Assembly (NCBI RefSeq): GCF_030028105.1
Contig: NC_092395.1
Coordinates: forward strand, 43,180,459-43,244,458
Direction of reading: 5' to 3'
DNA: 64,000 nucleotides
Source: Mobula birostris
Taxonomy: Eukaryota
A program made the position numbers and the translations under genes. Shown here piece by piece: positions 21,101 to 33,689 of this stretch (its first letter is position 1; each line of letters opens with the position of its first letter). Below the pieces are notes generated by a model, which was not told the DNA's origin, did not search any database, and saw only the letters and a list, made by a program, of their open reading frames with translations.

Positions 21101-24100
21101 AAAGGACAAAAACCTAATGATTCCTGTACTGCCTCCCTTACTGCAAAAAGAAGTAAATGTATACCTTCATCCCAGTCCTTTTCATTTTCCACACAATATG
21201 TCCTAATCATAGTTTTTAATGCAGAATGAAATCTGTCTAAGGCTCCCTGTGATTCTGGATGATAGGCTGAGGAAATAATCTGTTTTGCTGCCAGTTTATA
21301 AACTATCTGCTGAAACAATACCAACATAAAATTACTACCTTGATCTGATTGTACTTCCTTAGGCAACCCAAAACAAGTAAAGAATTTTATAAGAGCCTTT
21401 GTCACAGTTTTGGCTGTTATATTCCTAAGAGGTACTGCCTCTGGAAACCTAGACCCTGTGCACATGATAGTTAATAAATATTGATGTCCAGTTTTAGTTT
21501 TTGGCCAAGGACCTACACAGTCCACAATGATTTTTGAAAACGGCTCACCAAATACTAGAATTGGTTGCAGTGGGGCAACTGGAGTAACCTGATTAGGTTT
21601 ACCCACAATTTGACACAAATGACACGTTCTACAAAATGCCACCACATCTTGTCTTAAACTAGGCCAATAAAAATGTTTAGAAAATTTGTTTATAGTTTTC
21701 TTTATACCTAAATGACCACCCAAAGGTATACTAGGAGCCATAGTTAAAATCTCATTTTGGTAAATTTTAGAAACTACTACCTACTACCTACTACTACCAA
21801 ACAGCAGCCGGGATGTGGACTAAAAGTTGAAGCTGGAAATAGAAAAAGCGTGTTAGAAGGAAAATGTCAAGATAATTATGGGGGATTTTAATATGAAAGT
21901 GGATTGGGAAAGTCAGGAAGGTAATGGATCTCAGGAGAGGGAGTTTGTAGAATGCCTACAGGATGCCTTTTTGGAGCAGGTTGTCCAGAAGCCCACCAGG
22001 GGACCGGCTGTTTTGGATTGGGTGCTGTGTAACGAACCTGAGGCGATTAGGGAGCTGGAGGAAAAGGAACCACTTGGAAGTAATGATCATAATATGATTG
22101 AGTTCAGTTTCAAATTTGAAAAGGAGAAGTTGGTATCAGGTGTATCGATATTTCAGTGGAACAGGGGAAATTACAGTGGTATGAGAGAGGAAGTGGCCCA
22201 AGTCGATTGGAAAAGTAAGCTAAATGGGGGGATGGCAGAGCAGAATTGGATGAAATTCCAACAAGAAATAAGGAAAATGCAGGAAAAATATATTCCAAGA
22301 AAAAAGAAAATCATGAATGGAAAAATGGCACAAATGTGGCTAACGAGAGAGGTTAATGCAAAAATAAAAGCAAAAGAAACGGCGTACAAGGAAGCAAAAA
22401 TTAGTGGGAAAATGAGGACTGGAAAACTTTTAAAAACTTACAGAAGGAAACTAAGAAAATCATTAGGAAAGAAAAGATGAATTATGAAAGGAAGTTGGCG
22501 ATTAATGTAAAAAAGGATACTAAGAGTTTTTTTTTAATATATGAAGAGTAAAAGAATGACAAGCGTAGATACAGGACCGATTGAAAATGATGCTGGAGAA
22601 ATTAGAATGGATAACAAAGAGATGGCGGAGGAACGGAATGAGTATTTTGCATCAGTCTTCACAGTGGAAGACATGAGCAATATACCTGATAGCCAGAGGT
22701 ATCAGGGAATAGAATTAGGTACAGTTAAGATTACTAGAGAGAAAGTACTTGGGAAGCTAAGAATAGGTAAGTCTCCCGGTCCAGATGAGGTGCACACAAG
22801 GGTTCTGAAGGAGGTGGCTTTGGAGATTGTGGAAGCATTGGAAATGATCTTTCAGAAATCAATAGACTCTGGCATTGTTCCGTAGGATTGGAAGGTCGCA
22901 AATGTAGTTCCGTTATTTAAGAAAGGAAGGAGGCAGCTAAAAGAAAATTACAGACATATTAGTCTGACAACGGTAGTTGGAAAGATATTGGAGTCAATCC
23001 TCAAGGACGAGGTTATGAAATACCTCGAGGTGCATGACAAGATAGGCCAAAGCCAGCATGGTTTCATGAATGGAACATCCTGCCTCACCAACCTATTGGA
23101 ATTTTTTGAGGTAATCTCGAATAAGACTGACAAGGGAGAGGCTGTGGATGTTGTGAATTTGGATTTTTAAAAGGCCTTCGATAAGGTGCCCCATATGAGG
23201 CTGCTTAATAAGATGAGAGCCCATGGAATTATAGGAAAGATATTGAAATGGGTGGAACATTGGCTGATAGGCAGAAAGCAAAGGGTGGGAATAAAGAGAT
23301 CCTATTCTGATTGGTTGCCGGTTACTAGTGGTGTTCCGCGGGGGTCAGTGTTGGGGCCACTTTTTACGATGTATATCGATGACTTGGATTTTGGATTAAA
23401 TGGTTTTGTGGCCAAGTTTGTGGATAACACCAAGATAGGTGGAGGAGCAGGAAATGTTGACGAAACGGAAAGGTTGCAGAGAGACTTAGTCAGTTTAGGA
23501 GAGTGGGCAAAGAAATGGCAGTTGAGATACAATGTTGACAAATGTACGGTTGTACATTTTGGAAGAAGAAATAATCGGGCAGATTATTATTAAGATGGGG
23601 AGAAAATTCAAAAATCGGAAGTGCAAAGGGACTTGGGGGTCCTCGTGCAGGATACCCTAAAGATTAACTACCAAGTTGGATCGGTGGTAAGGAAAGTGAA
23701 TGCTATGTTGGCATTCATTTCAAGAGGAATAGTGTATAAGAGTAAGGAGGTGTTGATGAGGTTCTATGAGGCATTAGTGAGACCTCATTTGGAATACTGT
23801 GTGCAGTTTTGGGCCCCCTATCTTAGAAAGGATGTACTGATGTTGGAGAGAGTTCAGAGAAGATTTATAAGGATGATTCCTGGAATGCAGGGGCTAACAT
23901 ATGAGGAGCGTTTGTCGGATCTTGAACTGTATTCATTAGAGTATAGAAGAATGCGAGGGGATCTCATAGAAACATTTCGAATGTTGAAACCGTTGGACTG
24001 AGTCGATGTGGAAAGGTTGTTTCCCTTGGTGCGTGAGTCCAGGACAAGAGGCCATAGTCTTAGGAATAGAGGGTACCCAGTTAAAACAGAGATAAGGAGA

Positions 24101-27044
24101 AATTTTTTTAAGCCAGAGGGTCGTGGATTTGTGGAATTCATTGTCACATAGAGCTGTGGAGGCCCGATTATTGAGAGTGTTTAAGGAGGAGATTGACAGG
24201 TATCTAATTAGTCAGGATATCAAGGGATATGGGGAAAAAACCGGAAATTGGAACTAGATGGGTGAATAGTTTAGCTCATGGGGGAGCTGCGGAGCAGACT
24301 CGATGGGCCGAATGACCTACTTCTGCTCCTTTGTCTTGTGATCTTTTGTGATGATCAACTTCCCATTCCTCACTAGCAGGATTTGTAGGCGATCTCCACT
24401 TCCTCATTAATACTTCCTTTTCAAAATGACATCCTACTGGTACTTTTTCAATTTCACTATCTGGAAGAGCTTGTTCTATTAATTTAACAACCTCAGGATC
24501 TCTACCCTGCTCTGCTATCATCTCCTTTTGAGATAAAGACAAATCTTCCTGGTCAAACTTACCCCAAAATCCTGATCAAATAATGTAGGTAAGAAAGTTT
24601 CTGATACATCCTCAAAATTCAAATCTTGATTTGAACTGTCATGGGTAACAACCTCATCCTTTACTTCAGTCTTTTTAGCCATAGCTGTTGTTACAACACA
24701 GGAAGAATCTGTTAGAATCCCTCAGTGGTTCCTCAGAATTTGAATTTATTGTCAAATGCACTTCAGGAAAAACTTGGCCACCTGCTAAATCATTCCCTAA
24801 CAAAAGAGAAACATCATTCACAGGTAAACTGGATTGTAGTCCTGCTTTAACAACCCCTGTAACTAATTCTGACCTTAAATTTACTCTATTTAAATGTACT
24901 GGCATAAGGGCACTCCCAACTCCTCTTATATAATTTACCTCACCAATGTCAGACTCATCACTAAACTTTCGCACACTGTCTAATATTAGTGATTGAGACG
25001 CTCCAGTATCCCTAAGTATTCTTATTGGTACTGAATTGGATCCTTCTTTCAAGGATACAAATCCTTCATTATAAAATTTTCATATCCCCTCTTAACTTGG
25101 TCAGACTCTGACACACCTTCATTAGTATTTTCTGAACCCTGTGAATTTACAGGTGTTTCAATATGCTGCACACAAGCATCTGGGACTACTTCTTTCTCTT
25201 TTTTTTTCAACCGAAAGCAATTAGCTACTACATGTCCAGGTTTCTTACGATAATTACAAACAATACCAAAATGTCTTTCCTTCACATGTCTCCCTTCATC
25301 TTTACATTTCTCACTAACTTCAGGTTTAATTTCTGGTTTACCTTGACTCTCTGTGCTATTTTTCCTTTTAAAAAATTTACCTGGAGAAAATTTATTCTTG
25401 TGAATTAAAACATACTCATCAGCTAATTTAGCAATCTCCTGCAATGTAGCAGTGTCTCGTTCATTTAAGCATGTTCTCACTTCAACAGGAATGCTTCTTT
25501 TAAATTCCTCCTGCAAAATTTTAATTCTTTTAATTTATTATACTCCCCATTCACATTTTTAGAGGAAACCCATCTCTCAAAACACACAGATTTCTCATAA
25601 GCAAATTCCACATTAGTTTTTTCCACAGATTTCTTCAAATTTCTGAATCTTTCTCTATACGCTTCCGGAACCAACTCATATGCCTTTAAAATATGCTGCT
25701 TAACAATATCATAATCCAGTGCTTGCTTAGCATCTAAAGCTGTATAAACTTGTCGTGCCCTGCCGTTAATTACACTTTGCAACATCACTGGCCATTGGTC
25801 TTTCGGTCACTTTAAACTCAGAGCAACAATTTCGAAATGCTGGAAATATTTGTCCACTTCAGCTTCATTAAATGGAAGAGCCAAAATAACCTCACAACTA
25901 GCAATAAACTGTTTCGTAGAACCAGACGACTGATTCCCGAACTTTAATTTCTGCATCTCTAACTCAAATTTCCTCTGGTTTTCAGCTTCTCTTTCTTCAA
26001 ATTCTCTTTTTTTATTAGCATCTCTTTTGGCCATTTCTGCTTTAAATCTTTCAAACTTTAACTGTTCAAGATGTAACTGCATTTCCAGATTACTCATTGG
26101 AAACTTATCTAACACCTCCTCATCAAACAATTTCAAAGTAATATAATGCTCAGCAATTTTTCTTTGTATGAATGCCTTGGTGGGATTCTTCATAAATCCT
26201 TTATTATCCAACCTCCTAGAAATCTCCAATACCTCAGGTTTTCTCGCAATCTCTAAAAACACTGAGGCAGGCGTCTCCATAAATCCGTCAATATCCATTG
26301 TTGTGGAATACAACACACACACCAATCAAACCAAAAAAAATCGGATATTTCCCTTTTCCAAATCAAAATGGCAATTACCAGCATTTAAACTCAAAATCGG
26401 AACATATCCCATGAGCCCCCACAAATTATGTTACTTAACCGGCAGCAATGAATATCAATCGAGACAGGTTATATAAAAACAACCAAGCATTTATTAAACA
26501 CGGATGAACAATAAAAAAAAAACGAAAACCTTAACCGGAAGTTAACCACTATGCAGCCGTTCAACTCTTTTGGCAAGAGTTATCTACAATGCAGGTCGCC
26601 ACTCCTCCCACGACGACTCAATAAGGTCGATCCTTCGTTAAACTACCGAATGAAACCAACTCCTCTCAATCCTTTGGGTCCTGCACTTCGATAAAGTCTT
26701 CACTCTCCCGTACTACTGCTAGAATAAAGTACATCAACACATTTAGCAAAAATTTCTGTCCAGCAATATTATTCCTTGCAACGGAACGTAACAACCATTT
26801 AAAAAAATGGAACTGCGTCATAAAAACAAATACGCAACAGAAACGGAGACACAGTACGTTCCAGCTGGAAATCTAAAAACTAAAAACTAACTGCGTCATC
26901 TCATGTCTGCCCTTATATACCCGTGGTGCATATGTCATCACGTGAACTCAAACTGGCAGGAAAATTACATCAGATGATCTCCAAAAGACCATTACATCAT
27001 CCTCACAAAAAAAAAAATCACAGATCTCCTTGAGGCATGTAACA
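18137..27044 (-). mobile_element. Gmr1-like Gypsy LTR retrotransposon (gag-PR-IN-RT-RH order), decayed
   Basis: LTRs at 26429-27044 and 18137-19011. tRNA-Pro-like PBS TGGGGGCTC at 26413-26421, PPT at about 19012-19020. Gag 26325-25049, protease (ILRDTGASQS) 25052-24675, integrase (HLC, DCVG, SDQG) to about 20570, RT about 20450-19650, RNase H 19695-19216. TSD-like CAAG/CAGG. Confidence 0.92.
21800..24347 (+). mobile_element. CR1 LINE inserted in the Gmr1 integrase
   Basis: EN (MGDFN) and RT fragments in ORFs 21878-24001, with a tgtgatct tail. Confidence 0.92.
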
Positions 27045-28019
27045 CAGGCAGATTTTCACGAGTCCACTGGCCAGAACAGGTCAAAATTCAATGCTCTGAA
27101 ATAGTTCACTCATTCTACAGTAGTTCCTGGACGTTGATGAAACTTTGGATCAACATCTTTCAATGAAAGAATCCTACCGTTGCGTTTGGGAAAAGGAAAT
27201 TGTCACTGAAAAGAATAAGTAAATATCCCCATTTTACATATCTGCCCAAAGTTAAACCACATAGTTTATTCTTTGTCTGCTCCGATTTTCCCTCTTTTTC
27301 GGAGAGTTTCAGAAGAATCAGTCCCACTGACCCAGTTCCCCCTCTTCTCATGGGAATCTGGACAGTGAGTGTGGGCAGACAAGTGCAAGTGAACCCATCA
27401 GGCCCGGTGCTGCCCTCCTCACACAGCCAGTAATCAGGGTCACTGACAGTGGCTGAGGCTTAACTTGTAATTCCAAACAGGGACATTGGTTGTAGTTATT
27501 GAACACTCCAGGGAAGATCAATTGATCTGTTCTGCAACAGGTAGCACGATATGAACCTTGTTGGCCTTTGTTTCTCAATCAATGATTAAGGAGAAGAAGT
27601 ACAGTCAAGCCTGCTCTGTCATTCAATAACTTTATGACTGATGTTATTGTAAACTTTATGTCCCAATACTGCATGATCCAGGTAAACAGACCCTGAGAAC
27701 AAGAGTTTGAAAGGTTTATGACCCTCTGAGAGAGAAATGAACCTACCTTCACATCTATCGTAAGTGGACAAAACCCGATTTTTAAACACTAGTGTTTTAT
27801 TGTAGATTGCCTGTAAGAGGAAACATCTTGTACATAGGCCCCCTGCCAAGATCCCTCAGGAGCTGATGATCCAATCAATCAACCTCTCAATCTTTAAAAC
27901 TCCAGTGAATACAGGCCTCACCTTCTCTCACAAGATGATCTACACATCAGAGTACTGAATCTTGTAAAAAGGGAGAAAGGAGAGAGGAAGCAAAATTACT
28001 GGAGAAGAATCTTAGGCAT

Positions 28020-29035
28020 TGGACTTCATTGTATTTGGAAAAGCATGGGCTTATTAGTGATAGTCAGAAGGGCCTTGTGGAGGGCAGATTGTGCCTTACA
28101 GAATAGACTGAGTTCTTTGGGGAGGTGAGAAAGATAATTGATGAGGTTGTAGAAGTTGTTCACATAAATTTTTGGAAGGTTTTTGTCAAGTTCCTTCAGG
28201 ATAGTTTGATGCAATAGATTAATTCACTTGGAATCCATGATGACTTTAAAATTGGTTGGCCGTAGAAGACAGAGGATAGTAGTGAAAGGGTAATGTCCAG
28301 ATTGGAGGACTATTTCCAGTCGTGTTCCATAGGAATCAGGGTCGGCACCTCTGTTGTTTACAATGTACAGAAAATGACTGGATGAAATTACAGAATGGCT
28401 GATTGGTAGGCTTGCAGATGGCAAAAGGAATACAAAGAGTGTTTGCAGTATACTAGATGTGATCTCATCAGTGTTCCTTTGAGCAGAGACAGTTCAGATA
28501 AACTACTTGGACCTGATAGATAAGTCACCTGAACTAAATGGACTATACCCCATGATTCTGAAAGAGGTAGCTTAAAGATTGTGGAGACATTTGTAGTCAT
28601 CTTTCAGGAATCATTATGGAATGGTTTTGGAGGACAGGAAAACTGCAAATGTCACTCCACCCTTTAAGAAGAGAAGGACGTAAAAGACAGGAAATTGGAA
28701 GCCAGTTAGTCTGAATTCGGTGGCTGGCAAGGTGTTAGATTCCATTCTTCAGTGTGAGGTTTTGGGGTACTTGGAGACACATAATAAAGTAGGCTAAAAT
28801 CAGGATGGTTTCCTGAATGGGAAATCTTTCCAGAAAACTCTGGAGGAATTCTTTGAGGATGTAACAGGTAGGATCGACAAAGCAGAGTCAGTGTATGTTT
28901 TTACTTGGATTTTCAGAGGGCCTTGACAAGGTGCCACACATGAGATGACTGGAATAAGCTGCCAGGCGTAGTGGAGGAAGCAGATATGATAGTCACATCT
29001 GAGAGGCTTTTGGATAGACATGAAAATGCAAGGAG
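28020..29035 (+). mobile_element. Old CR1 fragments
   Basis: Degenerate RT-coding sequence (ttggattttcag...gacaaggtgccacac). Confidence 0.7.
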
Positions 29036-29044
29036 TGGAGAGAT

Positions 29045-32000
29045 AGAAACACAGAAACATAGAAAGCCTACGCATAATACAGGCCCTTCGGCCCACAATG
29101 CTGTGCCGAACATGTCCTTACCTTAGAAGTTATCGAGGGTTACACATACACCTCTATTTTTCTAAGCTCCATGTACCTATCCAAGGGTCTCTTAAAAGAA
29201 CCTATTGTATCCGCCTCCACCACTGTTACCGGCAGCCCATTCCAAGCACACCACTCTTTGCGTAAAAAACTTACCCCTTACCTCTGTATCTACTTCCAAG
29301 CACCTTTAAACTGTTCCCTCTTGTGTCAGCCATTTCAGCCCTGGGAAAAAGCCTCTGACTATCCACACCATCAATGCTGCTCATCCTCTTATACACCTCG
29401 ACCAGGTCACCACACATTCTCCATCGCTGCAAGGAGAAAAGGCCAAGTTCACTCAACCTATTCTCAGAAGGCATGCTCCCCAATCCAGGCAACATCCTTG
29501 TTAATCCCCTCTGCACCCTTTCTAAAGTTTCCACATCCTTCCTGTAATGAGGTTACCAGAACAGAGCACAGTACTCCAAGTGGAGTGTGACCAGGGTCCT
29601 ATATAGCTGTGACATCACCTACCAGCTCTTGAACTCAATCCCACAATTGATGAAGGCCAATGCACTGTATGCCTTCTTAACCACAGAGTCAACCTGCGCA
29701 GCAGCTTTGAATATCCTATGGACTCGGACCCCAAGATCCCTCTGATCCTCCATATTGCCAAGTCTTTCCATTATTACTATTTTCTGCCATCATATTTGAC
29801 CTACCAAAATGAACCACCTCACACTTATCTGGGTTGAAATCCATCTGCCACTTCTCAGCCCAGATTTGCATCCTATTGATGTCCCGCTGTAACCTCTGAC
29901 AGTCTTCCACACTATCCACAGCACCCCGAAGTTTTATGTCATCAGCAAACTTACGAACCCATCCCTCCACTTCCTCATACAGGTCATTTATAAAAATCAC
30001 AAGGAAAAGGAGTCCCAGAACCTATCCTTGAGGCAAACCACTGGTCACGAGCCTCCATGCAGAATATGACCCACCGACAACCACACTTAGTGTTCTGTGG
30101 GCAAACCAATTCTGGATCCACATAGCATTGCCCCCTTGGATCCCATGCCTCCTTACTTTCTCAATAAGCCTTGCATGGGGTACCTTATCAAACGTCTTGC
30201 TGAAATCCATATACACAACACCTGCAGGTCTATCTTCATCCATGTGCTTCGTCACATCCTCAAAAAATTCAATCAGGCTCGTGAGGCACACCCTGCCTTT
30301 GACAAAGCCATGCTGACTATTCCTAATCATATTATGCCTCTCTAAATGTTCATAAACCCTGCATCTCAGGATCTTCTCCATCAACTTACCAACTGCTGAA
30401 GTAAGACTCACTCGTCTATAATTTCTTGGGCTATCTTTACCCCCTTTCTTAAATAAAGGGACAAAATCTGCAACCCTCCAGTCCTCTGGAACCTCTCCCA
30501 TCCCCACTGATGATGCAAAGATCATTGCCAGAGACTCAGCAATCTCCTCCCTCGCCTCCCACAGTAGCCTGGGGTACATCTCGTCTGGTCCCAGTGACTT
30601 ATCCAACTTGATGCTTTTCAAAAGCTTCGGCAGATCCTCTTTCTTAATATCTATGTGCTCAAGCTTTTCAATCTGCTGTAGATCATCCTTACAATTGCCA
30701 AGGACCTTTTTCATGGTGAATACTGAAGCAAAGTATTCATTAAGTACCTCTGCTATCTCCTCTGGTTCCATAGACATTTTTCCACTGTCACACTTTGTTG
30801 GTCCTGTTCTCTCACGTCTTATGCTCTTGCTCTTCAGATACTTGCAGAATGCCTTGGAGTGTTCCTTAATCTTGCTCGCCAAGGACTTCTCATAGCCCTT
30901 TCTTGCTCTCCTAATTTCATTCTTAAGCTCCTTCCTGGTAGTCTTCTAATTTTCTAGATTTCTATCATTACCTAGTTTTTTGACCCTTTCATAAGCTTTC
31001 CTGTTTTTCTTGACTAGATTTTCAACAGCCTTTGTATACCATGGTTCCTGTACCCTACCATCCTTACCCTGTCTCATTGGAATGTACCTATGCAGAATGC
31101 CACCCAAGTATCCCCCTAACATTTTCCACATTTCTGCCGTATATTTCTGTTCCCAATTCATGTTTCCAAGTACCTGCCTGATAGCTTTATATTACCCTTT
31201 ACTCCAATTAAACACTTTCTTAACTTGACTGTTCCTATCCTTCTCCAATGCTATAGTAAATGAGATAGAATTGTGATCGCTGTCTCCAAAATGCTCTCCC
31301 ACTGAGAGACCTAACACTTGACCAGGTTCATTTCCCAATACCAGATCAAGTACAGCCTCTCCTCTTGTAGGCTTATCTACATACTGTGTCAGGAAACTTC
31401 CTGAACACGCCTAACAAACTCCACCCCATCTAAACCCCTCACTCTAGGGACATGCCAATCGATATTTAGGAAATCAAAATCTCCCACCACGACAACCCTG
31501 TTGTTATTACAACTTTCCAGAATCTGTCTCCCTATCTGCTCCTCTATGTCCCTGTTTCTATTGGGTGGTCTATAAAAAATCACCCAGCAGAGTTATTGAC
31601 CCCTTTCTGTAGCTGACTTCCACCCACAGAGACTCAGTAGACAATCCCTCCATGACTTCCTCATTTTCTGCAGCCGTGACACTATCTCTGTTCAGCGGTG
31701 ACATGCCTGACCTCTTTTGCCTCTCTCCCTGTTCTTTCTTAAACAACTAAAGCCTGGCACTCTAAGTAGCCATTCCTGCCCCTGAGCCATTCAAGTATCT
31801 GCAATGGCAACAACATCATAGCTCCAAGTACTGATCCACGCTGTAAGATCATCCTCTTTGTTCATGATGCTCCTTGAATTAAAGAACACACATTTCAAAC
31901 CATCAGTCTGAGCGTATCCCTTCTGTATCACCTGCCTATCCTCCCTCTTGCACTGTCTACAAGCTTTCTCAATTTGTGAGCCAACCCTTCCTTCCTCCGT

Positions 32001-32545
32001 CTCTTCAGTTTGGTTCCCACCCTCCAGCAATTCTCATTTAAACTCTCCCCAATAGCCTTAGCAAACCTTCCTGCCAGGATACTGGTCCCCCTCCGATTCA
32101 TGTGCAACCCGTCCACTTTGTAGAGGTCACACCTGCCCCAAAAAAGGTTCGAATGATCCAGAAATCTGAAACGCTGCCTCCTGCTCCATTCCCTCAGCCA
32201 CGCATTTATCCTCCACCTCACTCTATTCCTACACTTACAGTCGGGTGGCACAGGCAGTAATCCCAAGATTACTACCTCTGTGGCCCTGCTTCTCAAATTT
32301 CTTCCTAATTCCCCGTAGTATGCTTTCAGGACCTCCTCCCTTTTCCTACCTATGTCGTTGGTACCAATATGTACCACGACCTCTGGCTGTTCTCCCTCCC
32401 ACTTCAGGATATCATTGATGCGATCAGAAACATCCCAGACCCTGGCACCTGGGAGGCAAACTACCATCCGTAATTCTTACCTGCGTCCCCCTAACTATAG
32501 AGCCCCTATCACGGCTGCCATCTTCTTCCTTTCCCTACCCTTCTG
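29045..32545 (-). mobile_element. Near-full-length decayed CR1 with ORF1 SGNH esterase domain
   Basis: ORF 31928-32467 contains CLPGAR...VVHIGTND...DGLHMN. The EN and RT remnants of ORF2 lie at 31900-29270. Confidence 0.92.
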
Positions 32546-32930
32546 ATCATGTCTACTGTAAGCAGAAGAGGTTTATTTTAATTTGGCATCATGTTCCACA
32601 TAGGTTTTTGTGAGGAAGGTCCTGTTTTGGTGCGATGTTCTCATATTTCAGAGAAATCTAGGTTAATCAGACAACCATTCAACAGCAGGAGAGAACCAGT
32701 AGCAGCACATCTCAGTTGACTGATCTCTTAACGACATTGTTACCAGGCGAGACGTGAGAAACTCACTTGGCATAAAATCTTAACTCTCCTCAGTTTAGCC
32801 AATCCACAAATACATCTCTTTGACAGAGTAAATGGGAGGAGTATCCTTCCTCCAATCACGTCAACAAAACTTGAATTTAAATTCAAAGATTGCCTCTTTT
32901 GCATTCTGTGGCAGAACCAACATACTAAAT

Positions 32931-33560
32931 AGGATAGTTTCAAAATAGATTTAGCATCTCAAAAATAGCACATTATTCATTGGGTATCATCAGCAGCAAA
33001 ACTTTACACGTCCACCACAATTCATGACCTTGTTACACAGCATATCCTAACACCAACATTACAATCAAACCAAGCTGCTGACCCTGATTCAATGTTAAAA
33101 TCAGAAGTGTACATGAGCAGAACTTATCAAGTCTAAAAATTACCTGAGACCTGAAGTTACCACACTGTGAGCGTTAAGCAGTTGATCAGCATTAAGTTAA
33201 CCGGCAGCCCTAAGCCATTGGATCTGAACAAAGGGCTTAAGCCCCTTAAGGGCAACAAAGGGAAATTTAGTGGGGGATATGCAAACAACAGGTTTGCTAA
33301 AACAATGATATTTTTGCAGTTTCACCGTGCACAGAAAACTTTGCACTTAAGGGTACAAAAAAAGCTATACTGGAAGAGCACAGCAGGTCAAACAGCACCT
33401 TTGGGGGCAGAAGGTGTATGTTGATGTTTTGTACTGACAGCAGATATCACGACAGAGAGTGAACAGGAAATATTACCAGTATATAGCAGTATGGGGAAAG
33501 GTGGGACAGAGGCTGGGGGGTGATAAAATGGAGATGGATTGGGGTTCAGATAATGGAAAG
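32931..33560. repeat. Unclassified ~620-bp repeat X, copy 1 (copy 2 at 49529-50150; partial inverted copy at about 42590-42850)
   Basis: Direct alignment by eye. Contains overlapping palindromes GGGCTTAAGCCC and CCCTTAAGGG at 33233-33252. Confidence 0.9.
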
Positions 33561-33689
33561 ATGGAACCAAGTGAGGGACAGGGAAGGAGATGAGGACAAA
33601 GAGAGAGGAAAGCTAGCATAGCAGTTATCACAATGTTATTACAGTTCTGGGCTTTGGACTTCCGAATTCGATTCCGATGATGCTGTGTC

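Noticed and set aside
33158-33200. CACTGTG heptamer in repeat X as a cryptic RSS
   Set aside because: No nonamer at 12 or 23 bp in either copy.
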